From positions 192,001-256,000 of the forward strand of contig CAVOKF010000005.1 in the NCBI GenBank assembly GCA_963696385.1: 64,000 nt of DNA. Direction: 5' to 3'. The DNA is from an uncultured delta proteobacterium. GTDB lineage: Bacteria > Myxococcota_A > Polyangia > Polyangiales > Polyangiaceae. A model generated the notes under the pieces. That model was not told where the DNA came from, searched no databases, and saw only the letters and a program-made list of their open reading frames with translations. The translations under genes were made by a program, and so were the position numbers. Positions 43,237 through 53,480 of the stretch are shown here, piece after piece. The stretch's first letter is position 1. Every line of letters begins with the position of its first letter.

Positions 43237-44787
43237 TCAGTTCAAACCGGCGAGTCCGAGCCAGCGCCCCTCTGCGCTAGGCCGGAAGTGCCTTGCGCGC
43301 ACGCCAGTAACGGCCACCTGATCTTCGTACCACAGCGGCAAGATGTGCATCTGTTCGAGCACGCGATCTTCGACGCGGGCATAGATAACCTTTCGCGAGC
43401 TCATAGCTGCCGTCGCATCAAACGTGGTCTGACCCCCTGTCGCTCCCTCTTCCCCGCGGTCTCCTTGGTCCAGGAGCGTGTCGAGCGTCGCATCGAGCAC
43501 TCGACCGCGATTGGCGCCCACGGGCGGTACGAACCCGCTATGCAAAAAATGCCGCAAGACGTTGGGCTCCGTCATTTCGGGGAGTTGGAGAATGGCCAGA
43601 TCGAAATCGCCGCCACTGAGTCGGGCGATCATCGTTCCAAGCTCGAGCGGTACGACGGTCGCATCGATTCCGACGTCTCCGAGCTCCTGGGCGATGACGC
43701 GCGCGACGTCGCCGCGAAGGCGTTCCGTCGAAGTGAGCAGTGTCACCCGCATCTTCGCCACGTCGGCCTCGGCCAGCAGAGCGCGTGCTCGGGCCGGGTC
43801 GAACGCGAGCGTCGCTCGATCGGTATGTGCCCAGTGCGTCGGCGCGATCAGACCGCCCGCAGCCGTTGCGCGTCGGTCGAACAGGGTCGCGACGAGCATG
43901 CTTCGGTCGATGGCAAGCGACATGGCTCGGCGCACTCGACGGTCACCGAGGTGAGGTCGTGCCTCCTGCACGACCACGTACGTCAGATTCGCCCCTGGTT
44001 GCGCCGTGACCGTCAGCCCTGGTTCAGCGGACAGCGCGGGCAGCAAGGCGGGCGAAAGAAGATTCACCGCTACGTCCGCACGGCCGACTTCCAATCTGAG
44101 CGCGCGCGTGTTCTCGTCATGCACCGTCCGCAGTGTGATCGCGTGCAACGGCCTCGGCAGTGCGGCGCCGGTCGCGGGAAAGAGCTGCACTTCTCCCTGC
44201 GTGAAGGACCTGACGACGAACGGCCCAAGCCCGTCGAGCGACCCGCCGGGCGCAGGCGGAGATGCCGCCTCGTCGGCGCGCAAAATGGGTAGCTCCAAGT
44301 CCGTCAGTAAAGTTGCGTGCGGCCGCGCGAGGCGAACGACAATCGCGTGCTCTCCGGCCTCCCGCACGTCCGCGATTGCTTCCACGATTCGAGCTTGCCG
44401 CGATGCCACCTGCGGTGACGCGATGGCGCGCAGAGTGGCGGCGACGTCGTGCGCGCGCATTGGCGCACCGGAGTGGAAGCGCACGTCGTCGCGCAGAGCG
44501 ACTCTTAGTGTCAACGGATCGAGCCATTGCCAACTCGTTGCGAGGTACGGCCGGGCAGCGAGCGTTCCGGGATCGAGGCGAACGAGACCCGCGTGGATCA
44601 GGCGTGTGGTGCGCACGCCGACGGGGTCCGTTGCGTAACGTGGATCGAGCGTTTCGGGGTCGCTCGCGACGAGCATCTCAATCGGTCGATCTTCGCGGCT
44701 TCGCGCGGGTGCAGCGACAGCGCAAGCCATTTCGCTGGAAACGATGAGGCCGAGCAGAGCGACTCGGCGACCACCATGCGCCTGCAT
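43237..44787 (-). CDS. ABC transporter substrate-binding protein, family 5 (peptide/nickel); start inferred
   Basis: PETLDP, LATSW, LRDDVRFHSG, GLGPF, RVRRAMSLAIDR. Confidence 0.8.
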   Translation of the reverse strand: MQAHGGRRVALLGLIVSSEMACAVAAPARSREDRPIEMLVASDPETLDPRYATDPVGVRTTRLIHAGLVRLDPGTLAARPYLATSWQWLDPLTLRVALRDDVRFHSGAPMRAHDVAATLRAIASPQVASRQARIVEAIADVREAGEHAIVVRLARPHATLLTDLELPILRADEAASPPAPGGSLDGLGPFVVRSFTQGEVQLFPATGAALPRPLHAITLRTVHDENTRALRLEVGRADVAVNLLSPALLPALSAEPGLTVTAQPGANLTYVVVQEARPHLGDRRVRRAMSLAIDRSMLVATLFDRRATAAGGLIAPTHWAHTDRATLAFDPARARALLAEADVAKMRVTLLTSTERLRGDVARVIAQELGDVGIDATVVPLELGTMIARLSGGDFDLAILQLPEMTEPNVLRHFLHSGFVPPVGANRGRVLDATLDTLLDQGDRGEEGATGGQTTFDATAAMSSRKVIYARVEDRVLEQMHILPLWYEDQVAVTGVRARHFRPSAEGRWLGLAGLN

Positions 44788-44938
44788 CGTCCCGGCGCGC
44801 CGCTTTTGAGATGACGCAAGGGCGCGCGACATCGGCGACTCTGACGAGGCTTCACAGGCGTCGCGCGCCGATCTATGCCAGCCGCTCGTGCTGCTACCGA
44901 GTCCTACCAGCCGGTCCTCGATTCGATGGCGACGATTC

Positions 44939-46399
44939 ATGTCGTCCATTGGCGTCGCAGCGTGTGCGTCGTCGATCGCGCTGACGCCGACTCTGGCTCG
45001 CCCCGATCCGGTTCCCGATGCGGGCGCATGGTCGGCCATGAACCCGGAGATCTTGACCCTGTCGCGGGCTATCGCCTCGGAGCGGGCACTTGCGGGCGCA
45101 AGCGTCGGCATTGCGGTTCTCGACGTCGAGTCGGGTCGCCTCCTGTCGGCCGTCAACGAACACCTCGCGCTCAATCCTGCGTCCAATGCAAAGCTTTACA
45201 CCGCAGCCGCTGCGCTTGCGATGTTGCGCGGCGACCACCGCTACGAGACAACCCTCTCGGGCAAGCTCGAGGGCGACGCTGTAGTGGGTCCGCTCGTGCT
45301 CCGCGGCTTCGGCGACCCCTCCCTTACTACGGCGGATCTCTGGTCGATGGTCGGCGAGCTTCGGTCGTACGGCGTCAAGCGACTGAACGGCGACGTCGCG
45401 GTCGACCAGCGCTTTTTCGACGATCAGACATTGCCGCCAGCGTTCGACCAGGAGCCGAACGAGTGGGCTGGTTTCCGCGCTCCGGTCAGTGCGGTAGCGC
45501 TCGACGAGAATTGCGTGACGATGACGGTTCGTCCCTTACCGGCCGGGACCGCGCGCATCGAGTTCGATCCGCCGGGCTTCGTCGATGTCGAGGGCACCGT
45601 GCGGACGGCGGATCCCGGTACGGCGGACAACGTGGAACTCACGTTGTCGGGAGTTGGATCGCGGATGAGCGCACAGGTGAGGGGCACGATCGCGAGCGAT
45701 TCTCGGCTGGTTCGGTATACGCGGCGCGCTGACGATCCACGACTTCTGGCCGGGTACGCACTCAAGGCGATCCTGGAACAAGCAGACGTCAAAATTTCGG
45801 GAGAGGTTCGCCTCGGTCGTGGCACCGAAATGCCAGGACACGTACTCGCAAAACACGCATCGGCTCCGCTTTCCTCGTTGCTCTACGGATTGGGCAAGCA
45901 GAGCGATAATTTTTATGCGGAAATGATCTTCAAGAGCCTCGGCGGAGAGCTGAAAGGCAGGCCGGCGAAGAGCGGCGACGCAGCCGACCTCATCGCGCGC
46001 TGGCTTGAACGCATTGGCGCGAGCGAGTCAGGCGTTGTCCTGAGGAACGGATCGGGCCTCTTCGACGCCGATCGGGTGACGGCGTCCAGCACGGTCGAGC
46101 TGCTTCGCTGGGCGTGGCGCGATTCGGAGATCCAACCGGAGTACGTGGCACAGCTCGCCATCGGCGGGGTGGACGGTACCCTGCGCAAACGCTTCCGCAG
46201 CGAGATTGTGAGGCATCGGGTTCGTGCCAAAACCGGCACGCTCGACGATGTCATCGCGCTGAGCGGCTATGTCCTGCGCGCTGGCGGCCGAGCCCCGATC
46301 GCGTTCTCCATTCTCTTCAATCACGTCGGCGGCAAGCAAGACGTGGCGCGACATGCCGCCGATAAGCTCGTCGAGCTCATTGCGCGGTCGATGCCATGA
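44939..46399 (+). CDS. dacB: D-Ala-D-Ala carboxypeptidase/endopeptidase, PBP4 (peptidase S13)
   Basis: PASNAK (SxxK), SDN, NGSGL, AKTGTL. Confidence 0.92.
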   Translation: MSSIGVAACASSIALTPTLARPDPVPDAGAWSAMNPEILTLSRAIASERALAGASVGIAVLDVESGRLLSAVNEHLALNPASNAKLYTAAAALAMLRGDHRYETTLSGKLEGDAVVGPLVLRGFGDPSLTTADLWSMVGELRSYGVKRLNGDVAVDQRFFDDQTLPPAFDQEPNEWAGFRAPVSAVALDENCVTMTVRPLPAGTARIEFDPPGFVDVEGTVRTADPGTADNVELTLSGVGSRMSAQVRGTIASDSRLVRYTRRADDPRLLAGYALKAILEQADVKISGEVRLGRGTEMPGHVLAKHASAPLSSLLYGLGKQSDNFYAEMIFKSLGGELKGRPAKSGDAADLIARWLERIGASESGVVLRNGSGLFDADRVTASSTVELLRWAWRDSEIQPEYVAQLAIGGVDGTLRKRFRSEIVRHRVRAKTGTLDDVIALSGYVLRAGGRAPIAFSILFNHVGGKQDVARHAADKLVELIARSMP

Positions 46400-46473
46400 C
46401 GGCGGGCGTGTCGTGCTCGGCTGTCGGGCCAAACCATCTCTGGCGGCTCCCTCTCCCGGTACCCAATGCGGCT

Positions 46474-48096
46474 TTATTCCCGCATGTGCTTCCGGATCTT
46501 GCCCAGGGCCTGCTCTTGAAGTTGGCGAATGCGCTCGCGCGAAAGGTTGTACTTGTCCCCAATCTCTTTCAAAGTGAGCTCGTCCTCGTCGTCGAGCCCG
46601 AAGCGCCAGCGAATGATACGGCTCTCGATCGGCGTGAGCGTTGTCAGAAGCCTTCGGACCTCGGAGTTCCACTTCTGATTGGCGAGAGCCTCGTAGGGCG
46701 ACAGCGAGTTCTCGTCCTGCAGGAAGTCGATGAACTTACGACCGTCCTCGTCGCCGACTGGCCTGTCCAGCGAGAACGGGGTATCCGCCCATGCCCCTTT
46801 CACCTTGTCGAGCTTCTCCTGCGGAATGCCGGTTTCGCGCTCTAACTCGCCGAGCGTCGGTTCCCGTCCCGCCCGCGCCAGAACCGCCTGCGTCGCGCGC
46901 TGGATGCGGTTGTGCGTGTCGAGCATGTGCACCGGAATGCGCACTGCTCTACCCTTGTCGGCAAGCGCGCGGCTGATGGCATGCCGAATCCACCACGAGG
47001 CGTACGTCGAGAAACGGTACCCGCGCGTGTGGTCGAAGCGCTCGACCGCCTTCATCAGCCCGATGTTGCCTTCCTGAATCAAATCGATGAGTGGCAGCCG
47101 CCCGCGGTTGTAGCGGCGGGCTATGGAGACCACCAGGCGCAGGTTTGCCTTGACGAACTTGTTCTTCACCGACCGCGATCGGGCCGAGGCATTGACCATT
47201 TTGTGGAGGTACTTCTGGACCGCCGGTGTGCGTTTCAGAAGGTTCGGCGTTGGCGGCTCCGCCCCTGGATCTGCCTCTGCCAACCTTTGGCCGCGATCGA
47301 GGTCGGCCTCCTGAGCTGCTTCGTCCGGCTCCTCGGCGAGTCTCCGGACGGCCTCTTCGGAGTGCGCGATCCACAGACGATCGCTGTCGGCGAGGCGAAT
47401 CGCCCTCGCGAGCGAGGCGCACCAAGTTCGGTATTTTTTCTCCTGCTGTCTCGTGAACTTGTTTCGTTGCTTCTTGAAGGTGATAAGCAGTTTGCGGATC
47501 TCCGCAATCTGGGGCAGATCGATCGTCTCTTCGCCGGTCGGCAGGTCCCTCTCGAGCGAGTCGAGGGCAACGTCCGCCGCAGCGTAATAGCTGAAAATGG
47601 AGGTCCAATGGTCGACCTCCGCCTTTTCCACCTCGATCGCCGTGCGCAACTCATCCTCGGGCCCCATCACGGGATGCGTAGCCATCTCGCGGAAGTAGCG
47701 CGCGAGCATGGAATCCCCCCCGCCCTCTTCGATCTCTTTGTCGGATGGCGCTTTTTGGGGCACGAGGGTGTCGGAAGCCCCGGCTGCGGCCGCGGCGGCC
47801 TCGAGATCGAACTCATCTTCGACCATCGGTTCGAGCTCCGACGTAACCGCCGACCCCAGAACAGGCGTCCCGATTTCGAAGTCTTCCTCGTTCGGTGCCG
47901 CGGGTGCGGGTTCCGAGGGCGGACTTCCGCCCCCGGCCGCCGCCCGTCCGATCGCCTTCGGAGAGGGCCTCCTTGCGCGGGGCAGTGGCCCCGATCGTGC
48001 CGCTTGGGGCGGGTCGTGCGCCGCGGAAGCCCCCATGTTGGGCGTCCCCCTGTCGCCTTCGCCCATCGCCGCGGCGGTCGCTTTGCTCTTGCCCAT
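46474..48096 (-). CDS. RpoD-like alternative sigma-70 factor
   Basis: Region 1.2 [33 protein letters not shown], region 4 SRERIRQ; AGGGAG RBS before ATG 48096. Confidence 0.9.
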   Translation of the reverse strand: MGKSKATAAAMGEGDRGTPNMGASAAHDPPQAARSGPLPRARRPSPKAIGRAAAGGGSPPSEPAPAAPNEEDFEIGTPVLGSAVTSELEPMVEDEFDLEAAAAAAGASDTLVPQKAPSDKEIEEGGGDSMLARYFREMATHPVMGPEDELRTAIEVEKAEVDHWTSIFSYYAAADVALDSLERDLPTGEETIDLPQIAEIRKLLITFKKQRNKFTRQQEKKYRTWCASLARAIRLADSDRLWIAHSEEAVRRLAEEPDEAAQEADLDRGQRLAEADPGAEPPTPNLLKRTPAVQKYLHKMVNASARSRSVKNKFVKANLRLVVSIARRYNRGRLPLIDLIQEGNIGLMKAVERFDHTRGYRFSTYASWWIRHAISRALADKGRAVRIPVHMLDTHNRIQRATQAVLARAGREPTLGELERETGIPQEKLDKVKGAWADTPFSLDRPVGDEDGRKFIDFLQDENSLSPYEALANQKWNSEVRRLLTTLTPIESRIIRWRFGLDDEDELTLKEIGDKYNLSRERIRQLQEQALGKIRKHMRE

Positions 48097-48549
48097 GACC
48101 GATACTCCCTCGCTCCTGAGCGCGTGAACGGATTGTTTCGAAGAATGCGAAGTGCCAGGCCCTTTTTTCTTGCCCCGTCCTTCGGCTTGAGGTGTCCGTG
48201 ACTTCCGTCGGTGCGCGGGCTTGGGTACCCGCGCGGCCGATAGGCGTGCACGACCTGTGCCCGATGGGCCCGTGTGCGCTCCACGCGTCCTGCGGCCGTC
48301 CGCCGCTCGGCGATGAGGTTGGGGGATGGCCGTTGCGATCGCCGCAGACCGACCCGCGTGCACGCGCAACGAGGCGGATTGCGCACGTTGCAACCGCTGC
48401 CGATCCGTTTTGATCCTCGACGAGCGCATCGGCGATTCGCGCGCTCCTTTCTCCATCGATCAGGTTATGGCCAGGTGCTCGAAAAACATCTTTCGGTCAT
48501 GAGATGATGGGCCGCCGCTCGACACTTCGTTCGGCGAAAATCGTTCGCC

Positions 48550-50298
48550 ATGCTGGCCCCCATCTTCGGTCATTCGGCTCTTTTAGAATACTACGTTAAG
48601 GGGCTCCGTCGGGTACTGCACGGGCCCGGACAGGCAGTCAGCTTCGCCTCCGTGTCGCTGATGCACGCCGTCACGCACGCGCTCGTGGCGCTTGTGGGTA
48701 GCAGTCTCGCACTCGCGCTCGTTGCGGCTCGGAGGTCACAGTTCGCAGGATCCATCGCGCCTGCAGGTCTTGACCCATTGCCCTTCTGCCGCCCGGGCGG
48801 TGCCGGAGCGCAGGCACTCACTCTGTCGGCGGCTGGGCTTGCGGTTCTTCTCGTGAAGGCGGCGTCCGGCACGTACGCTACCTACGTTCAGGTCCGTATC
48901 GCAGGCCAGGTTGGCTGCGACCTCCGGCTAGAGCTTTTTGATGCGCTTCTCGGGCTTCATCCGTTGCGCCATCCGCGACACCGCGATCAGGGGTCCCAAG
49001 GAGGAGTCCCGACAGCGCATGCAGTCATAGGCCTCACGTCGCGCGTTGGCGATGTCGAGGTCGGCCTTTCACAAGGACTGCTCGGCGGCATGAGGGCCCT
49101 CGCTCAACTCGTGCCCCTGGGCATCGTACTCGCTGTACTGGCTCCTCGCATGGCCGCGCTCGCCGCGTTGGTGCTAAGCGGATTCGGCTGGATTCTTGGT
49201 CTATGGCGCGCAGGATTTGGCGAGGCTTCGACCCTGGCAGCCCGCGAGCACGCACACCTTCTCCAAGCCGCGGATGAGGCGGTGCGTCACGCTGACTTGT
49301 GGGTGAGCTACGGTGCAGAGGCGAAAGCCCGTGCCAACGTCGGGTGCTTGGGCCACGCCGTCGCGCATCGTCGGGCCCGTCTGAAGGCGCGCGCGGCGGC
49401 CCTGAGCGGTGCCAACGAGGTGCTTGCTGCCGCTGCGCTTCTGGCGGCCGTTGCCGCGGCCCATGCGGGCTGGCTCGGCGATGCCGCACGCGGCGGGCCC
49501 CTCCTCCTGTTCGCCGTCGCATTCTTCCTTGCGTATCGTCCGTTGCGAGAGCTGGCGGACGCGCGCACCGCATTCTCCCGAGCGGACGCGTCTTATCAGG
49601 AGCTGCGTCGCGTCATCGAGCGAGCGGATCTGCCATGTCCGCGGCATTCCGCCGCTCCGAGCGGTCCCCCGCAGCATGTCTGGCCGCTGGCGCCACTCGA
49701 GCTGTCGGCGTTGCGGATCGTCGGCCGCGCGTCGTTGCCGGTCACGCTGCGCGTTGAGGCCGGCACCATCGCTGTCGTGATGGGCCCCACGGGTGTCGGC
49801 AAAACCACCTTGTTGCGCACTTTGCTCGGGCTCGAGGCCTGCGCCGGCGGGGACGTGCTGTACGGTGGCGAGTCCCTTCGCGACGCAGCAGCAGGGCCTG
49901 CAAGCCGACCTTTCGCGTGGGTCCCCCAAGACGCGCCGTTGCTCGCGGATACTCTGTCGGCGAATGTCGGACTGGGTGTCGAGGGGGCGGATGCGCGCGC
50001 CGCACTTGAGCCAATGGGCGCGGCACACCTCTCGCTCGCGCTCCGGGAATCGCGACTGGGCGCCGGTGGGCGTGCGGTGTCCGGAGGCGAGAGGCAGTGG
50101 ATTGCGCTGGCTCGGGCAATCGCGACTCGGCAACCGGTGCTTCTGCTCGACGAGCCGACAAGCGGATTGGACGATGGAGCGCAACGCCGTGTCCTCGATG
50201 CGATTTCGCGCCTTCGCGGGCAGCGCAGCGTCATCCTCGTGACACATCGAGCCGAAGCGCTGACGATCGCCGACCAGGTCGTGCGAATCGAGGCCTAG
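48550..50298 (+). CDS. ABC exporter, fused permease/ATP-binding protein
   Basis: N-terminal TM segments; GPTGVGKT, VSGGERQ, LLLDEPTS, VTH. Confidence 0.85.
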   Translation: MLAPIFGHSALLEYYVKGLRRVLHGPGQAVSFASVSLMHAVTHALVALVGSSLALALVAARRSQFAGSIAPAGLDPLPFCRPGGAGAQALTLSAAGLAVLLVKAASGTYATYVQVRIAGQVGCDLRLELFDALLGLHPLRHPRHRDQGSQGGVPTAHAVIGLTSRVGDVEVGLSQGLLGGMRALAQLVPLGIVLAVLAPRMAALAALVLSGFGWILGLWRAGFGEASTLAAREHAHLLQAADEAVRHADLWVSYGAEAKARANVGCLGHAVAHRRARLKARAAALSGANEVLAAAALLAAVAAAHAGWLGDAARGGPLLLFAVAFFLAYRPLRELADARTAFSRADASYQELRRVIERADLPCPRHSAAPSGPPQHVWPLAPLELSALRIVGRASLPVTLRVEAGTIAVVMGPTGVGKTTLLRTLLGLEACAGGDVLYGGESLRDAAAGPASRPFAWVPQDAPLLADTLSANVGLGVEGADARAALEPMGAAHLSLALRESRLGAGGRAVSGGERQWIALARAIATRQPVLLLDEPTSGLDDGAQRRVLDAISRLRGQRSVILVTHRAEALTIADQVVRIEA

Positions 50299-50409
50299 GG
50301 TGAGACTGAAAACGTTACTTGAGCCTTCCCCCACTCGGCGCCCGACCCGTCGGGATCGGTCGCGGGGCTGGATCTTGACTGCGAAGCCATCGAATGCGGA
50401 TGCCAACTG

Positions 50410-51363
50410 CTACGGACGTATCAAATGCACGACGGGTCCAGCTTCGACGGTAACGGACCGAGCGCGGATCACGTCGCCGTCAAGGACATAGGCGTTCCTT
50501 TCTGCGAATCTCACGATTAGCGACCGCGCAAGCGTGTCGACCAAAGGTTCTCCGCGAAGCGGCCGCCCGCGCAGAACCCGCGGCATCTGGGGGCCGAGAC
50601 GCCTCGGAGGGAGTCCGCTCGCGACGACGTGGAACCGGTTGAAGCCTGCCGCACGGTACGTCACGAGAAAGTGGAGCCCGAGGTCGCGGACGACGCTCGC
50701 CACGATCAGACTCCACGCTCGGCCGCCGTGCGCCTCGCCATCCACGTCGATGCTTCCGCAAATCGGTGCCAGCACCTGATTGGCGAGGGTTGAGCGGACA
50801 AAGGAGCCAGCGAAGACTCTGCCCGCGATGGTCGCAGCCGTCAAAAGTCCCTGCCGTGGCGCACGCTGATAGACCTCGAAAAATCGTCCTACGAGACCTG
50901 CGCCGAAGATGAATCCGACGTAAGCGCCCCCGGAATCGTCGCGCACCCGCAGGGTAAGGTGCGGGTCGGCCCTCAGCCCCGAAGCCGCGCCGGCGCTCTT
51001 ACAGCACGCTATTCGTATCACGCGTCGCGCGCAACCGGGGCCTCTTAGCCCGAAATTTCGCGCCACGGTGCCGACGGTTCCCGCGGGCACGATCCCGAGC
51101 ACGGGCAGGGGTGCGTTACTGAACGCGCGGGCGAGGGCGCTCAGGCCACGCATGAATGTTCCGTCACCCCCCACGAAGAGCACGGGGGCTCTGCTCTCGC
51201 GTGACGCGAAATCGCGCGCCAGCTGATCAAGCTGCTCGAGGTTGGTCGGCTCGTGCAGGCGCGCGCCACAGCTCGCTGCTTCGTCGAGGATCCGCCGGCG
51301 CCACGCGGTGCCCGGGCGCACGTTGCCTGCGTACGGATTGACCACGACGTCGACATGGGCCAC
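50410..51363 (-). CDS. Diacylglycerol/lipid kinase family protein
   Basis: VVVNPYAG, GGDGT, PAGT, LDGD. Confidence 0.8.
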   Translation of the reverse strand: MAHVDVVVNPYAGNVRPGTAWRRRILDEAASCGARLHEPTNLEQLDQLARDFASRESRAPVLFVGGDGTFMRGLSALARAFSNAPLPVLGIVPAGTVGTVARNFGLRGPGCARRVIRIACCKSAGAASGLRADPHLTLRVRDDSGGAYVGFIFGAGLVGRFFEVYQRAPRQGLLTAATIAGRVFAGSFVRSTLANQVLAPICGSIDVDGEAHGGRAWSLIVASVVRDLGLHFLVTYRAAGFNRFHVVASGLPPRRLGPQMPRVLRGRPLRGEPLVDTLARSLIVRFAERNAYVLDGDVIRARSVTVEAGPVVHLIRP

Positions 51364-51475
51364 GGTCCGCGCCTAGCATCGCGGCGAACGAGCGGCATCT
51401 TGCAGCGGCTTGGACGATCCGGGGATCGCGCGGCGACTTCGTCGCTTTGCCCCTTCGAAGTCGTCGGCTTTCTCG

Positions 51476-51973
51476 CTAGGAGCTTCGGCGGGATCGGGTG
51501 CGCGAAGGTGGGCGCGTCGAGCGCGCCTGGGCAGCGGCGTGATGGTAGCCGTTGTGGGTTGGCGCGCCTGCACTTGACGTATCCGCCACAATCTCGATGG
51601 ATCCTTGCAGGACTCCTCGCGTCGCGAACAGTGTTTCGGCGACCTTCTGCAGGCGGTCGGCGCGTCCGCGCATGACGATGACCTCCAGGCATCGCTCGGG
51701 ATCGAGATGGACATGCATCGCGGACCGCACTTGGTCGCCGAGTTCGTGCTGCATCTCGGTGATCCGCTCGGACAGATCGCGAACATGATGATTGTAAACG
51801 ATGGTTACGCTCGCGAAGGCGTCCACGCGTTGGCTCTTCAGCGATCGGATGATTTCAGCACGGGCCAGGTCGCGAATGAGTTCCGATCGACTGCTCATTC
51901 GCTCCTCCACCAGCCGATCGAATTGCGCCAAAAGAGACGATTCCATCGCCACGCCGAAGCGGGTCAAAGCCAT
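51476..51973 (-). CDS. nikR: Nickel-responsive regulator NikR
   Basis: Ribbon-helix-helix N-terminus (RFGVAM, SRSELIRDL); YNHH and HVHLDPERCLEV nickel ligands. Confidence 0.92.
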   Translation of the reverse strand: MALTRFGVAMESSLLAQFDRLVEERMSSRSELIRDLARAEIIRSLKSQRVDAFASVTIVYNHHVRDLSERITEMQHELGDQVRSAMHVHLDPERCLEVIVMRGRADRLQKVAETLFATRGVLQGSIEIVADTSSAGAPTHNGYHHAAAQARSTRPPSRTRSRRSS

Positions 51974-52149
51974 GCTAAATCAAGCATACTCCGAGCCGCG
52001 CCAGAGCGGCTAGCCAACGGCGACCGCACTCGGCGTCTTGCGCGGCCTGGGTAGAAACGCTCTCACGAGATGCCGTAACGCGACGAAACGGAAAAGGTGT
52101 GTCATCGCGACGCCTGGCTTCAATCTGCAAAGACGGCTAGTTCGCACTC

Positions 52150-53449
52150 ATGAAGACGTCGTCTCCTCGCGGCTGTCTCGCGCTACTTCTGCTCGGTTGC
52201 CTCGCGGGATGTGAGTCGTCGTCGGCGATGCGCGCCGTGAACCGTGGCGATTTCGACGCCCTTCGCGCGTTGATCGTCGCGCGTGAAGCCTCCGGCCAAT
52301 TGTCGACGAGCGAGGCGGTCTCGCTAGCGAAAGCCGTCGCCAGTCGCGAGCTGCGGACTGCTCAGGCGTCGGATGCGGTCGAGCGCGTGCGGGATATCCG
52401 CTCGTGCGCCCGCGAACTCGACGCGGCGCTGGCCGCACGCATGCGTACGCGCGACCCGGCGGGTGCAGAGGCTGCGCTTGCGCGAATCGAAGCACGCGGG
52501 CTCAGCTTCGACGAGGCGCGGACCCTGGCGGCGGGCCGGGACACGCTGTGGCGAGCGTTCGGCGCGCGTCTGCTCATTCGCCCGCAAGATCGCGCGGCTC
52601 GCCTGCGAGGGTTCCTCGACGTCGATCCGCAGGTGCGTCGACAAGCTGCTCGGGCGGCGCGCGACGCCGCCGATCCGCAGGACCTCTACGCCCTCGCCGA
52701 GGTTGCGCGACTCGACCCCGAGCCGCTCGTGCGCACCGAAGCGGTTCGCGCGATTGCAGCGCTTCCCGCTATTTCGGGGGACGGCGCGTCCCTCGCGCTT
52801 CGCGATATTTGGTCGGTCGGTGACGACGGACTTCGTGAGGACATCGCTCGGGCATGGTCGAGACCCGCGCTCTGGAACGCCGGAGGGCGCGAAGCGTTGC
52901 GCTTCGTCGTCGTGACCGATCACGGTCCCGGTGCCATCGAGGCCGCCAGCCGTCTTGGCTCGACGCGATGCGGGCGCCGACCTGACCGAAACGGCGGCGG
53001 CGCAATTCGTCCGATTCATAGCGGCCGATAGTCCGCGATACAGATTGCAGGCTATCGCGCAGGTCCCTGTCGCCGATCCGGGAGTCATCGTGGCACTGCG
53101 CGCGGCGGCGACGGACGCCGATTCCGCTGTCCGGATCGCGGCGCTCGAGCAACTGGTCCGCGCGAGGGATCGCGCCGCGCGATCGGAGATGGAGGCGATG
53201 GCGGCGTCGGGTTCTCCTCAGGCGATGCGCGCGCGCTACGCGCTCGCGATGACAGGCGATCGCGCGGTAGAGGTGTGGATCGAGCGAGATCTCTCCGCCG
53301 CCGCGTGCGACGATCGACTCGACGCCGCAGTCGCCCTCGGCTCGCTGGGCGTGCCAGCGCGCGCCGCACCGCTTCTCGCGGACGCGAGCGCCCGGGTCCG
53401 GGCTCGTGCCGCGTGCACGATTCTGGCCGCCTCGCGCGCCGTCCGTTGA
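52150..53449 (+). pseudogene. HEAT-repeat lipoprotein split by an apparent +1 frameshift near 52945-52948
   Basis: Lipobox LAGC; HEAT motifs in ORF 52150-53031 continue in the frame of ORF 52931-53449. Confidence 0.7.
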
Positions 53450-53480
53450 AGATGACAAGCCATCGGTGCGCAGCCGACGG

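Noticed and set aside
52069..52106. Possible NikR operator upstream of nikR
   Set aside because: Only a weak imperfect palindrome whose spacing does not fit the known ~N16 operator.
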